64,000 bases of DNA. It comes from Wickerhamiella versatilis (Eukaryota). How positions within the stretch are numbered: position 1 is the stretch's first letter; every line of letters begins with the position of its first letter. The position numbers were made by a program, and so were the translations under genes. Of the stretch, positions 10,874-20,044 are shown one piece after another. The stretch covers positions 806,001 through 870,000 of the forward strand of contig JAQOWU010000008.1 of the NCBI GenBank assembly GCA_030867685.1, given 5' to 3'. The notes beneath the pieces were generated by a model that saw only the letters and a list, made by a program, of their open reading frames with translations, did no database searches and was not told the DNA's origin.

Positions 10874-12397
10874 TCAATCCTCTTCTTGTAAAAGATATCG
10901 GCGCATTGCCTTTGACCAAAGGTTAATATTTGTTTTCAAAGTATTTGTAGTAGACATCTGTAATTTCGTATCCTTGAACCGCTCACAGTCGCCGTAGTAT
11001 TCAAATTGCTGCTCTCCTGTGTGGATTCCTATTCTAATTGCTAGGAAAGGAAGGGTTATCGTACATTCCCCACTTGCAGTGATACATGATAGAATTCCAA
11101 GATTTCTCAAGATAGATTTAAGCTTGGCGTCCAGAGTTTTTAACTCGTTACGGGCACTGATATCGCAAGATTTAGGCGTATCGCTGATCAGGCTATCTAG
11201 GACACTTTCAAGGCGTGAAAGTTCGCTGGTAAGAAAACTGAATTGGTCCTCATCAATTTCTGTACCACTGCTACCTTGGTTCAGTCTTGGTATGTCAGGG
11301 GGAATTGAACGTAACTTTGAAGTCAACTCGACTTTTTCGGCCATTAATTCGGACCGCAAATTTTTTTCCTTCAAATCCCTTCGAATTAACTCCTTTTGAA
11401 TAGAATCTGCTGCATCTTCTAATTCAGTTAAGACACCTAGCAGCTCCTCAGCAGCAATAAAACTGCTTTCTTTTATGCGAGCTTGGAAAAGCCCGTTTAA
11501 CAATTCTTCAGACAATCCCTTATTAACTACGGTGGATTCGCCGGTCGCCTCTTTCATCTTTTTTTCAGCTATGATCAGGTCTTGCAGATGTTCAGTACTT
11601 TTTTTCCATATAAGATCCATGGGAGTTGTAGATGTTCCGCGGGAATGCCTTATTCTCTTGAATAACTTCTCCGATTCATCCTTTCTTCCAGTGATGTTAT
11701 ACACACACTCTAGGCTTTGTTGCGAAAATTGAAAGGATTTTGGATTATGCTGGGGATCTTCTTGTAAACCGAAGGCACTATCAATAGATGGCGAGGAGCT
11801 TAGACATGGAGATAGACTAAGTCGAGTCTTTTTGTGCGGTGGACCAAGTGGAAGGTTTTTGTCGTCATCACCCCCTTTATTCTCTTCATTAGATGCGTTC
11901 TCTATGGCACATATTTTCAGCGATCCAGATAATCGAGGTAGTGTGGGCCTTGTGGCCGAGCGATTGGCGTTGGGACGAGGAAATAAGTGATTCGTAGGTG
12001 CTAGACTCTGAATTGTGTATGTGTTTGGACAATCCAGTACTGGCCCTGTTCCATCTCTACACTCCTTTAATTGTCGTGACGATGGCTGTGTAGTATTTGC
12101 CTCATTATCACCTAAAGGAGCATGCCAAAAGCTCAAGCTAGGGCGGATATTATCTTGATGTAAGAATTTAGGACTACCTTGACCTTTCTTTCGAGGCGAT
12201 AAGAGTGGTGAGCGGTTAGGGGCCCCCCAGCGCTTAGTGCTCGAGGCTACTTGTCCATCCTTATGGTGTTGGCGGCCTAGTCGTGCGGTAATTCTTTCCT
12301 CCAAATTTTCTGATTCCAGCGGTGGTAGTTCGATATTATTTAACCTTTGTGGACTGGGCGTGTTTGTGGCTGCTCGAATACTTATTGAGTTCGACAT
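10874..12397 (-). CDS. Hypothetical protein: disordered SP-rich N-half, coiled-coil C-half
   Basis: 507-aa ATG ORF with no competing long ORF; no family recognised. Confidence 0.7.
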   Translation of the reverse strand: MSNSISIRAATNTPSPQRLNNIELPPLESENLEERITARLGRQHHKDGQVASSTKRWGAPNRSPLLSPRKKGQGSPKFLHQDNIRPSLSFWHAPLGDNEANTTQPSSRQLKECRDGTGPVLDCPNTYTIQSLAPTNHLFPRPNANRSATRPTLPRLSGSLKICAIENASNEENKGGDDDKNLPLGPPHKKTRLSLSPCLSSSPSIDSAFGLQEDPQHNPKSFQFSQQSLECVYNITGRKDESEKLFKRIRHSRGTSTTPMDLIWKKSTEHLQDLIIAEKKMKEATGESTVVNKGLSEELLNGLFQARIKESSFIAAEELLGVLTELEDAADSIQKELIRRDLKEKNLRSELMAEKVELTSKLRSIPPDIPRLNQGSSGTEIDEDQFSFLTSELSRLESVLDSLISDTPKSCDISARNELKTLDAKLKSILRNLGILSCITASGECTITLPFLAIRIGIHTGEQQFEYYGDCERFKDTKLQMSTTNTLKTNINLWSKAMRRYLLQEED

Positions 12398-12476
12398 GAT
12401 CGCGCGCAGAGGCCTTGATGAACTGGGCTAGGTTTACTGCAACCCAGTGGGTCACGTATATATGCTCACTATGTAC

Positions 12477-13919
12477 TTAATGGGAACCATGGGGCCGGTC
12501 TCCCTTGGAAAAATTTTCAGGATCAAGTCTCCAGAACATAATACTGAGATCTGGTAGCTCAGAGAGTGGAATATCGTCGTTTTCATCTGAGGGCCGGTTT
12601 TTTAATTTGTCTACCTTCGCCATTTCAGATTCAGCACTTCGAATCAGATCTTCCACTTCGCAACCCCGTGCACGAAGTCTTACTTCTTCGAAAATGTCGG
12701 CTGCCTCAGCCCACTCTCTACGGCTCACATGAATAACGCCTAGACCGTAAAGGGCCATCGCATAGGCTTCGGGCACGAATGCGCTTCGCCGGTCGCTGCC
12801 ACTTAGACCTTCCACGGATTCTTTGATCTTTGAATAAGCTAACTTTGACAAGTCCATAAATTTCTCGGGAGTATGTGGTCCACCATCTAGTCCAAACAAA
12901 CTTAATGGTTGGAACAGTGATAGGTTTGTTTTCTCAATTTTGGAATTATCATCACTTTTGACTCGAGCGTAAGCCATAATTCCCTGATAATATAAGAGGG
13001 AAGCTGCGTTAACTACAGACAGCATACAATCGCCCACGGGAAATCCAGATTCTACCATAAGCTTGGTGGTTTTAAGCTTATAGAGCAATGCAGGTATCGA
13101 TTCACCTGAGGCGACGTAAAGGCCAACCATCATTTCTCTCAATGAGAAGATATCATCTCGAAATGGGGCCCATGATTTCTCTAATTTGTCGTTAGGCAGA
13201 GCTCCAGTTTTAAGACCATCAAGATAATCAAAATTGAACAGGGATTGGTCTTTCATTGCTTCTGCCAGCACGTCACTGTTTCTTGCCGCCTCCCTCGATG
13301 CTAATTGCAGATGTGGCATGAGAATTCGCCAGGCGGTTTGTGGATCAGAGCTCAAGTAAATACCAGCCATAAGTGCGACCTTTAGATTGCGTGAAATAAT
13401 ATGTCCCCTCAAAGCTTCTGGTATTTGGTTCAATGCGAGCCCACTAAGATAGGCATCACCGATTTCCAGGTACATAAGAACGGCGTCATTTACCATGCCA
13501 AGCTGTTCGTACATATCGGCAATTTTCAATTGGATTCCCGTATATTCATCGCTCAATGGAGACATTTCTAGCTTATCAGCTTCTAGAAGTGCTTCAATAT
13601 AACAGTGCAGTGCCTTTTTATGGTCAGGCCTTCTGAACCCCGCCCCATTTATTTCAGCCATAAGCCCTTCTTTCAGCTTACTTGCCACCTCTTGAGGATA
13701 CTCGTGCCAAGTCATTATTTTCCAAGTGGCAAAAGCACCGACCACGATTGATAGTGTGAGGATTTTAGGCCACCATCTTTTCGGTCTGACATCTCCAAAC
13801 GTTTGGGTACCAGTTCGCGTAATACGACTCGTAGAGAATTTGGAACGAAAGTTTCTTGGGAGAAACTTAGGCGAGATACTCTTGATTTGTCTCACTGAAC
13901 GAAACTGGGATCTTAGCAT
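12477..13919 (-). CDS. MGR3: Mitochondrial i-AAA protease adaptor (TPR-like)
   Basis: Presequence, single TM, WHEYPQEVASKLKEGL, PLSDEYTGIQLKIADMYEQLG; divergent from the SRAP gene as in S. cerevisiae. Confidence 0.8.
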   Translation of the reverse strand: MLRSQFRSVRQIKSISPKFLPRNFRSKFSTSRITRTGTQTFGDVRPKRWWPKILTLSIVVGAFATWKIMTWHEYPQEVASKLKEGLMAEINGAGFRRPDHKKALHCYIEALLEADKLEMSPLSDEYTGIQLKIADMYEQLGMVNDAVLMYLEIGDAYLSGLALNQIPEALRGHIISRNLKVALMAGIYLSSDPQTAWRILMPHLQLASREAARNSDVLAEAMKDQSLFNFDYLDGLKTGALPNDKLEKSWAPFRDDIFSLREMMVGLYVASGESIPALLYKLKTTKLMVESGFPVGDCMLSVVNAASLLYYQGIMAYARVKSDDNSKIEKTNLSLFQPLSLFGLDGGPHTPEKFMDLSKLAYSKIKESVEGLSGSDRRSAFVPEAYAMALYGLGVIHVSRREWAEAADIFEEVRLRARGCEVEDLIRSAESEMAKVDKLKNRPSDENDDIPLSELPDLSIMFWRLDPENFSKGDRPHGSH

Positions 13920-13971
13920 CTGGCCCTTGATGGTCTATAATTATTAATAAATGTTACTTTAGGCCCGAGTA

Positions 13972-14925
13972 ATGTGCGGGCGCTATTCTCTTCAACTTTC
14001 GGAAAATGAAGTGCGTGGGGCACTCGAAAAACATAATATCAGGGTAGAAAATGTCATTGGTGCATCCAATGCCCAACAAAGTACTAATATTGCTCCACAA
14101 TCCTATGGCGCCATTTATCGTGGTGATAACACACTTGAATACATGCGATGGGGTCTTCAGCCATCGTTTGCCAAGAAAAAAATTGAATTTTCTTCATTCA
14201 ACACTAGGGCCGAGAGTTTGAAAAACTTAAAACCTGTTTGGAGTTGTGCCAAGGATCGCAGAGGTGTTGTTGTTATGGATGGCTACTATGAATGGCAACA
14301 TATTGATGGTCAGAAGCTGCCTTGGTTCATCAAAAGAAAAAATGGTGAGCCTTTGCTGGTGCTTGTTATATGGGATAGAAATCGATACCTCGGTCCAGAG
14401 ACTCTCGATACATTTTCTATTGTCACTACAGAAGCATCATCCACATTACGACATATTCATCCCCGCATGCCTGTTGCTATTGACTACCAGTCTGCAGGTG
14501 ACTGGATCAATGGTGATTGGCCAGATGTCCTAAATATTATCACTTCCATGGACTCACTCATGTGCTATCGAGTTGGGACCGAAGTCAACAAAATCGGCAA
14601 TCATTCAGCCTCACTCAACAAACCCTTGAGACAATCAAAGAAATTGACGGATTTTTTCGGAAAAGCAGAGACTCTTGGATCACTCAGACAGAAATCTGAA
14701 CCTGTAGATGATTGTCGAATTAAATCCGACAGTCACACAGCAGATAAAAGTGGTATACCGACTGATAAGCTTACTGTTAAAAACGAAGAATGGGTCAACT
14801 CACCGGAAAAAAATAGTACAGGAATTGCGACTAACGCAACGGATACCAAAAAATCCCACGGCAAACACGAGAATGACGAGGATTTAGCCAAACCTTCTAG
14901 CAAAAAATTCAAAAAAGAGAAATAA
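13972..14925 (+). CDS. SRAP-domain abasic-site processing protein (HMCES/YMR114C-like)
   Basis: N-terminal MCGRY (catalytic Cys2), NIAPQ, MRWGL, FNTRAESL, DGYYEW, IHPRMP. Confidence 0.93.
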   Translation: MCGRYSLQLSENEVRGALEKHNIRVENVIGASNAQQSTNIAPQSYGAIYRGDNTLEYMRWGLQPSFAKKKIEFSSFNTRAESLKNLKPVWSCAKDRRGVVVMDGYYEWQHIDGQKLPWFIKRKNGEPLLVLVIWDRNRYLGPETLDTFSIVTTEASSTLRHIHPRMPVAIDYQSAGDWINGDWPDVLNIITSMDSLMCYRVGTEVNKIGNHSASLNKPLRQSKKLTDFFGKAETLGSLRQKSEPVDDCRIKSDSHTADKSGIPTDKLTVKNEEWVNSPEKNSTGIATNATDTKKSHGKHENDEDLAKPSSKKFKKEK

Positions 14926-15042
14926 AAATGCTACTTTTTGCTATGTCCTCTCTCTAACGTTTAGCACCGATACACTAGGCCTTCCCAAACCCTGTGTAGT
15001 CTTTCTCTTAGTTGCTTTTGTAGATATTTATAATATTGTTTT

Positions 15043-15708
15043 ATGTGGCGACATGCAGTGAGAAGTTCAAGATCATACTTGAGGCCTCTTCGGCCACGTT
15101 TATTCTTCTCGACTAGGGCTCCAGCTGGTCGTATGTCAATGAAGGATTTAGCCAAAAACTATGGATGGACTGCTACTGGCGTTTATTGTGCTCTCATGGC
15201 GATAGATCTTCCTCTATTTTATGCACTTGTACACAGTTTGGGGGAAAGCACTATTACCGATTATGAAGTAGCTATTAGGAAGTGGCTTGGCGTCAATTCA
15301 GAACGTGATGAGACTTATGCAGCCAAAGCTGCACATAGTGGAAAAGGACTTTTTTACGCAGAGCTTGGTATTGCATATATTCTTCATAAAATTTTTATTG
15401 TGGTCAGAGTGCCACTTACAGTTGCAATTACTCCTAGAGTGGCGGCTAAGTTGCAACAGTGGGGCTTTAATGTTGCAAAGGCAGTTCCCACCGTCGACAA
15501 GGCGAAGTTGGCCCAAAATGTGAGTCAAGCAGCCGGGTCACAAAAAAAGGTCGCGCAGCCCGTGAATGACGCCTTAAAGAACTCAGGGGATAAAGTAAAT
15601 CTCGCTGAGAAGAATAAATTCTCTGAAGATGGTGTCAAGAAGGGAATCTCTGAGAGGTTCGGACAGCCTCCGAGTAAAAAAGGTCGTTTTTTCTCTGGGT
15701 TGCTTTGA
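15043..15708 (+). CDS. NAT2: DUF1279/FAM210 family mitochondrial membrane protein
   Basis: Presequence; KDLAKNYGWTATGVY...IDLPLFYALVHSLG; ELGIAYILHKIFIVVRVPLTVAITP. Confidence 0.75.
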   Translation: MWRHAVRSSRSYLRPLRPRLFFSTRAPAGRMSMKDLAKNYGWTATGVYCALMAIDLPLFYALVHSLGESTITDYEVAIRKWLGVNSERDETYAAKAAHSGKGLFYAELGIAYILHKIFIVVRVPLTVAITPRVAAKLQQWGFNVAKAVPTVDKAKLAQNVSQAAGSQKKVAQPVNDALKNSGDKVNLAEKNKFSEDGVKKGISERFGQPPSKKGRFFSGLL

Positions 15709-15811
15709 TATCAAAGAATAAATTATCTACAGGAGTACATAGAGACAAAGGAACCATTAATATTCCTTGGCGTGGATATAATGTCCTGAAACCCATATTT
15801 TGAATATATAA

Positions 15812-15885
15812 GGTCCCATGGCCCAGTTGGTCAAGGCGTCGAGCTAATAACTCGAAGATCGGCGGTTCGAGCCCGCCTGGGACCA
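15812..15885 (+). tRNA. tRNA-Ile(AAT)
   Basis: Acceptor GGTCCCA/TGGGACC+A, anticodon arm TCGAG-CTAATAA-CTCGA, T arm GGCGG-TTCGAGC-CCGCC, downstream T-run; no intron. Confidence 0.96.
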
Positions 15886-16107
15886 CTTTACGTTTTTGTT
15901 TTTGGTATCTGTTTGAACCGAATTTAATTTTTTTTATTTCTAATAACTAAGGCCTGGAGACTCGGCGCATGGCGATATCGTTTTTTAATAAGTCATTGGA
16001 ATCCCGTAAAATATAAACTTGAAACTATACCTCATGTAACTTCGACCCACTATGTCATTTCTATTATGGTCTTATGTTTCTATATGCCCAGTGCCGCATT
16101 ACATCGA

Positions 16108-17034
16108 TCAAGAAGCCTGCCTTTCAATTTCCTCAAAACGCTCTCTACTTGATCTTATGTTCGCGATGGTCATGCTAGTATTTTCGATGGGGACTTTCTG
16201 GAACACCATCACAAACGTGTTGGAAGTGAGAGGTTCAAGAATTGTGTTCCCCGTCGATCCAACAAGCATAATTGATTGAAGCTGGGTCCGTAACTTCGAG
16301 CAAGACTGTCGGTATGATTTGATTATGTTGGATATCTTTTCGAACCTTCTGGGGTCGGCAACTGTTTTCGAACTCTCGTCATTAACGTGAGCAATCACCA
16401 GGAAGGTGGTTCTTTCAAACAGAATTATTTCCTCAGAATTGGTTACTTTCGCAAATTGCTCGAGGTGCTCATTTAACTCGTTTACATTAGACATCAAAGA
16501 ACAGACCACAGTAGACCAAGCGCCATACAAGCTTTCATCCCATATAGAGGTAGCAAATCCTTTAAGCTTGAATTGATACTTCATCGCCTTGGGCTGTAGT
16601 GTTTTCATAGTCGCCTCAAAGACTTGTTCACGACGATCTGCCCTGACGAGGTCCATTTTGTGAAGTAGGACAAAGACATGAGCATTAGGGCTGAATTCTC
16701 GCAGGTTATCGAGACAACGGGTGAAAGTCTCCATGTCCTTGGGCACCTCCTTAGACCCAATATCAAACACAAATATCAATACCTCAACCATGCGGAAAAT
16801 TTGATCCCTTTGAGTAGTTAAATAATTTTCAATGAATGTATTCTGGCCACCACAATCCCAAAGATTCAATGTGACATTCCCGAGAAAACGCAATTGGGAA
16901 TGCTCAACATCAATAGTGGCCCCCAGCCTGTGTGTATCAAATGCAGAATAATTTGAAAAGATTATACTTCGCATAGACGACTTTCCAGAGCCGCTACGAC
17001 CCATGAGAAGAAGCTTCTTCCGGTTGGGGGCCAT
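16108..17034 (-). CDS. GTR1: Rag GTPase (RagA/B), TORC1 signalling
   Basis: KLLLMGRSGSGKSSMRSIIFSNY, LGATIDVE, LWDCGGQ, LHKMDL, TSIWDESLY, RFEKISNIIK. Confidence 0.96.
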   Translation of the reverse strand: MAPNRKKLLLMGRSGSGKSSMRSIIFSNYSAFDTHRLGATIDVEHSQLRFLGNVTLNLWDCGGQNTFIENYLTTQRDQIFRMVEVLIFVFDIGSKEVPKDMETFTRCLDNLREFSPNAHVFVLLHKMDLVRADRREQVFEATMKTLQPKAMKYQFKLKGFATSIWDESLYGAWSTVVCSLMSNVNELNEHLEQFAKVTNSEEIILFERTTFLVIAHVNDESSKTVADPRRFEKISNIIKSYRQSCSKLRTQLQSIMLVGSTGNTILEPLTSNTFVMVFQKVPIENTSMTIANIRSSRERFEEIERQAS

Positions 17035-17248
17035 GATACAGCTTGAGAATGCAGTGATTACTCACTATAGTGTCGGGGTCAGGGCACAGATCACTACTCA
17101 TCTTCAAATACGAGGATAGAGAAATCTAAGCAATTTTAGGCAAAAGAATTTCAATGCTAGACTTTTTTTCTCCATTATACATTTTGGAAGTATTTGTCGA
17201 CGTCAACAAGTATATTCTTCACATTGTCTGCTTACGTGTTTGTGAACA

Positions 17249-18571
17249 ATGCAAGGCCTTCTGGCAATCGCTGAACTGAAGTTCTTTGCTCGACCGCTCC
17301 ACCCACGAGAGAAAGGAGGTCCTGATAATGAGCGCTGCTATGAACTTCTTAAGCTGACCTCTCGCTCTTTTGCATCAGTGATAGAACAACTGCACCCAGA
17401 CATGCGAAACGCAGTCATGATCTTCTATATCATTTTAAGAGGTTTAGACACGATTGAAGATGACACGGGACTTGATAATGCCGTGAAATTTCCTTTGCTG
17501 AACAATTTTCGTGATATATTGAAGCGTAAAGATTGGAAGTTTGATGGGATTTCTCCATCTGAAAAAGACGGTGTCGTATTGCGAGATTTTGACGTCGTGT
17601 TACGCGAATTTCATCAACTTTTGCCCGCCTATCAGGATGTAATTGTGGATATAGCCGAACGAATGGGGAAAGGTATGGCAGAATATACTGCGAAAGAAAG
17701 TCAACGAAATTACGACGGATTGAAGACAATTGCCGACTATGATTTGTATTGTCACCATGTTGCTGGCATTGTAGGTGAGGGACTTACCCGGATGGCTCTC
17801 ATTGCTGGCTTCGCTGATAAAACTCTTGGTGCAAACCCGCAACTTTATGAAAGTATGGGGTTGTTTCTTCAGAAGACAAACATCATTCGTGACTATCGAG
17901 AGGATATTGATGATGGACGCTCTTTCTGGCCCCAAGAAGTCTGGAAGAAGTACGCAAATGATCTTCGAGACTTCACTAAGGCGGATAATTCTGAGAAGGG
18001 GCTCTTTTGCGTATCTGAACTGGTTATTCACTCGCTTCGTCACGTGGTCGACTGTCTGGAATATCTTTCCAAAGTTCATGATGCCTCGCTGTTCCGTTTC
18101 TGCGCAATTCCTCAGGTAATGTCAATTGCTACACTTGAACTTGTTTTTAATAACACTCAAGTGTTCCAAAGGAACGTTAAAATAAGCAGAGGGTTGGCTG
18201 CAGAACTTATACTGAGTTCCACAGATATGCGTGCTGTCTATGCCATCTTCCGGGATTTTGTTAGGAAAATACATTCTCGCAATAATCCGCGTGACCCGAA
18301 TTTTGTTACCATTGAGATACTTTGCGGCAAGATCGAACAGTACATGAATGCAAATGACGAAACTAGTATCGAGTACAGTCGTTATAAATATGCTATGAAG
18401 TCACAATACGAAGTTGATGTTGATTTCGAAGGAATGATGGTTCCTTACGTTGCCTTTGGTTTCCTTGCCTGCGTATGTGGTCTTATGATGTTTATAGGAT
18501 GGTTATTTGGGGCCAGATATCCGAGCCCCATGGAGGAATTCTCCAAGCTCTATGAGTTTTTTCTCTCTTAG
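17249..18571 (+). CDS. ERG9: Squalene synthase
   Basis: TSRSFASVI, LRGLDTIEDD, YCHHVAGIVGEGL, MGLFLQKTNIIRDYRED, FCAIPQVM, C-terminal TM anchor. Confidence 0.96.
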   Translation: MQGLLAIAELKFFARPLHPREKGGPDNERCYELLKLTSRSFASVIEQLHPDMRNAVMIFYIILRGLDTIEDDTGLDNAVKFPLLNNFRDILKRKDWKFDGISPSEKDGVVLRDFDVVLREFHQLLPAYQDVIVDIAERMGKGMAEYTAKESQRNYDGLKTIADYDLYCHHVAGIVGEGLTRMALIAGFADKTLGANPQLYESMGLFLQKTNIIRDYREDIDDGRSFWPQEVWKKYANDLRDFTKADNSEKGLFCVSELVIHSLRHVVDCLEYLSKVHDASLFRFCAIPQVMSIATLELVFNNTQVFQRNVKISRGLAAELILSSTDMRAVYAIFRDFVRKIHSRNNPRDPNFVTIEILCGKIEQYMNANDETSIEYSRYKYAMKSQYEVDVDFEGMMVPYVAFGFLACVCGLMMFIGWLFGARYPSPMEEFSKLYEFFLS

Positions 18572-18653
18572 TCCATTATATTTGAAAAGAACAATTAAAT
18601 GAGGTACTTCAAATCGTAAGCACACCGTTAAAGTAAATAGGTAATTCATTCTA

Positions 18654-19817
18654 CTAAGCTTCATTTTTTGTTGGTAAAACACGAGGCAAGAGATACAGAG
18701 AGCCACAAACAACTGTTCCTGGTACTAATTCAGGTATTTCTTCGGAATTAGTAGCATTAGAGCAATACTTACGAGCCACTTCAACAATGGAGGATGGACT
18801 CTGTGGTTTTATCCAGGGCATGCCTGCTACAGGCTCAAAAGATGTTGCTACAACTTTATCCTCAGGTTGCACCAACAGCGGCAAAATCTCATCACATGGT
18901 TTCGAGAAAGCAACAATCCATGTGATACTCTTCCCGTAAACTGATCTGAGATTGAGATTGACAAATTCTGATAGTTCGCATGCCGCTGATCGATTATGTG
19001 CGCCGTCAATAAGAACACCAGGCTTGAGCCATGTCAACCGACCAGGCCATTTTGTCTTTGCAATACCTTGTCTAATCTGCTGGTCATTAATGCCTGGCAC
19101 TGCTTCTCTAACTAGCTTTGTGGCTATTCCGGCATTCTGTAGTTGAAACCTTCCAGGGAGTAATTGAAGAGAGGGCAAATCGGGTTCAACAACAAATTCA
19201 ACCTCTGTGCCAACCTCAAAGGCTCTATTTCTTAGTGTTTCAATGACCTCGGGGTTATTAGTTCCATCAGCAAAGCAAGGAACATTAGGGCGCATTATTC
19301 CGGCCTTCTGCAAGGCTATCTCATTTATGTCACTTCCAAGAAACCCTTCATGGTCAAAGCTTATCTTTGTGATCCCCGAGGCAACGATTTTTGACGTGGG
19401 CAAAATGTTAGTGGCATCTTCCTTACCACCAAGACCAACTTCTACGACTGCAATTTCCACTCCATTTCTCTTGAAAAGCTCAAAAGCAATTGCTGTTTGT
19501 CGTTCAAAATTTGATGCCTCGACTTTATTGGCAGCTACTTGAACCCAGCTTCGTATTGCCTCAAATTGAGCTTGACTTACTGGTACACCATCAACTTCAA
19601 TTGAATCCCACTCATAGCGTAAGTGCGGGCTGGTAAATTTGCCAGTGCGCTTTCCGCACTCAATAAGAATGGAAGCGGTGTATGAGCATACAGAACCTTT
19701 ACCATTGGTCCCAGCAACATGGATTGTCTTGAATGCTTGCTCTGGATTACCCAGTAGCTTCAAGAGACTGGAAATTCTAGTCAATCCTAGCTGTATCGTC
19801 TGAATTTTAGTCGACAT
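18654..19817 (-). CDS. FOL3: Dihydrofolate synthetase (FolC family)
   Basis: IQLGLTRI, IHVAGTNGKGSV, FTSPHL, VEVGLGGKEDATN, WPGRL, IDGAHN, VAGMPWIK, CGSLYL. Confidence 0.88.
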   Translation of the reverse strand: MSTKIQTIQLGLTRISSLLKLLGNPEQAFKTIHVAGTNGKGSVCSYTASILIECGKRTGKFTSPHLRYEWDSIEVDGVPVSQAQFEAIRSWVQVAANKVEASNFERQTAIAFELFKRNGVEIAVVEVGLGGKEDATNILPTSKIVASGITKISFDHEGFLGSDINEIALQKAGIMRPNVPCFADGTNNPEVIETLRNRAFEVGTEVEFVVEPDLPSLQLLPGRFQLQNAGIATKLVREAVPGINDQQIRQGIAKTKWPGRLTWLKPGVLIDGAHNRSAACELSEFVNLNLRSVYGKSITWIVAFSKPCDEILPLLVQPEDKVVATSFEPVAGMPWIKPQSPSSIVEVARKYCSNATNSEEIPELVPGTVVCGSLYLLPRVLPTKNEA

Positions 19818-20044
19818 ACTGCTTCAACACAACTTTGGAGATCAAGTCAGCTTACGTGGGATGATATAGATACCACTTAATGCTACTAGATATGTTGTGA
19901 CATTAAATTTATTGAATTATTTGACAGATATCTCCTTTATGACCATATCTAATAGTCAGTGAATGGTATTATTTCGACCAATACAGGCCTAAGCCCGGTC
20001 TCCTGTTTATTAGTCATCGTAAGACGAGGTCGTAATTTACCACA

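Noticed and set aside
15635..15886. 83-aa minus-strand ORF starting MVPGGLEPP
   Set aside because: It is the antisense reading of tRNA-Ile.
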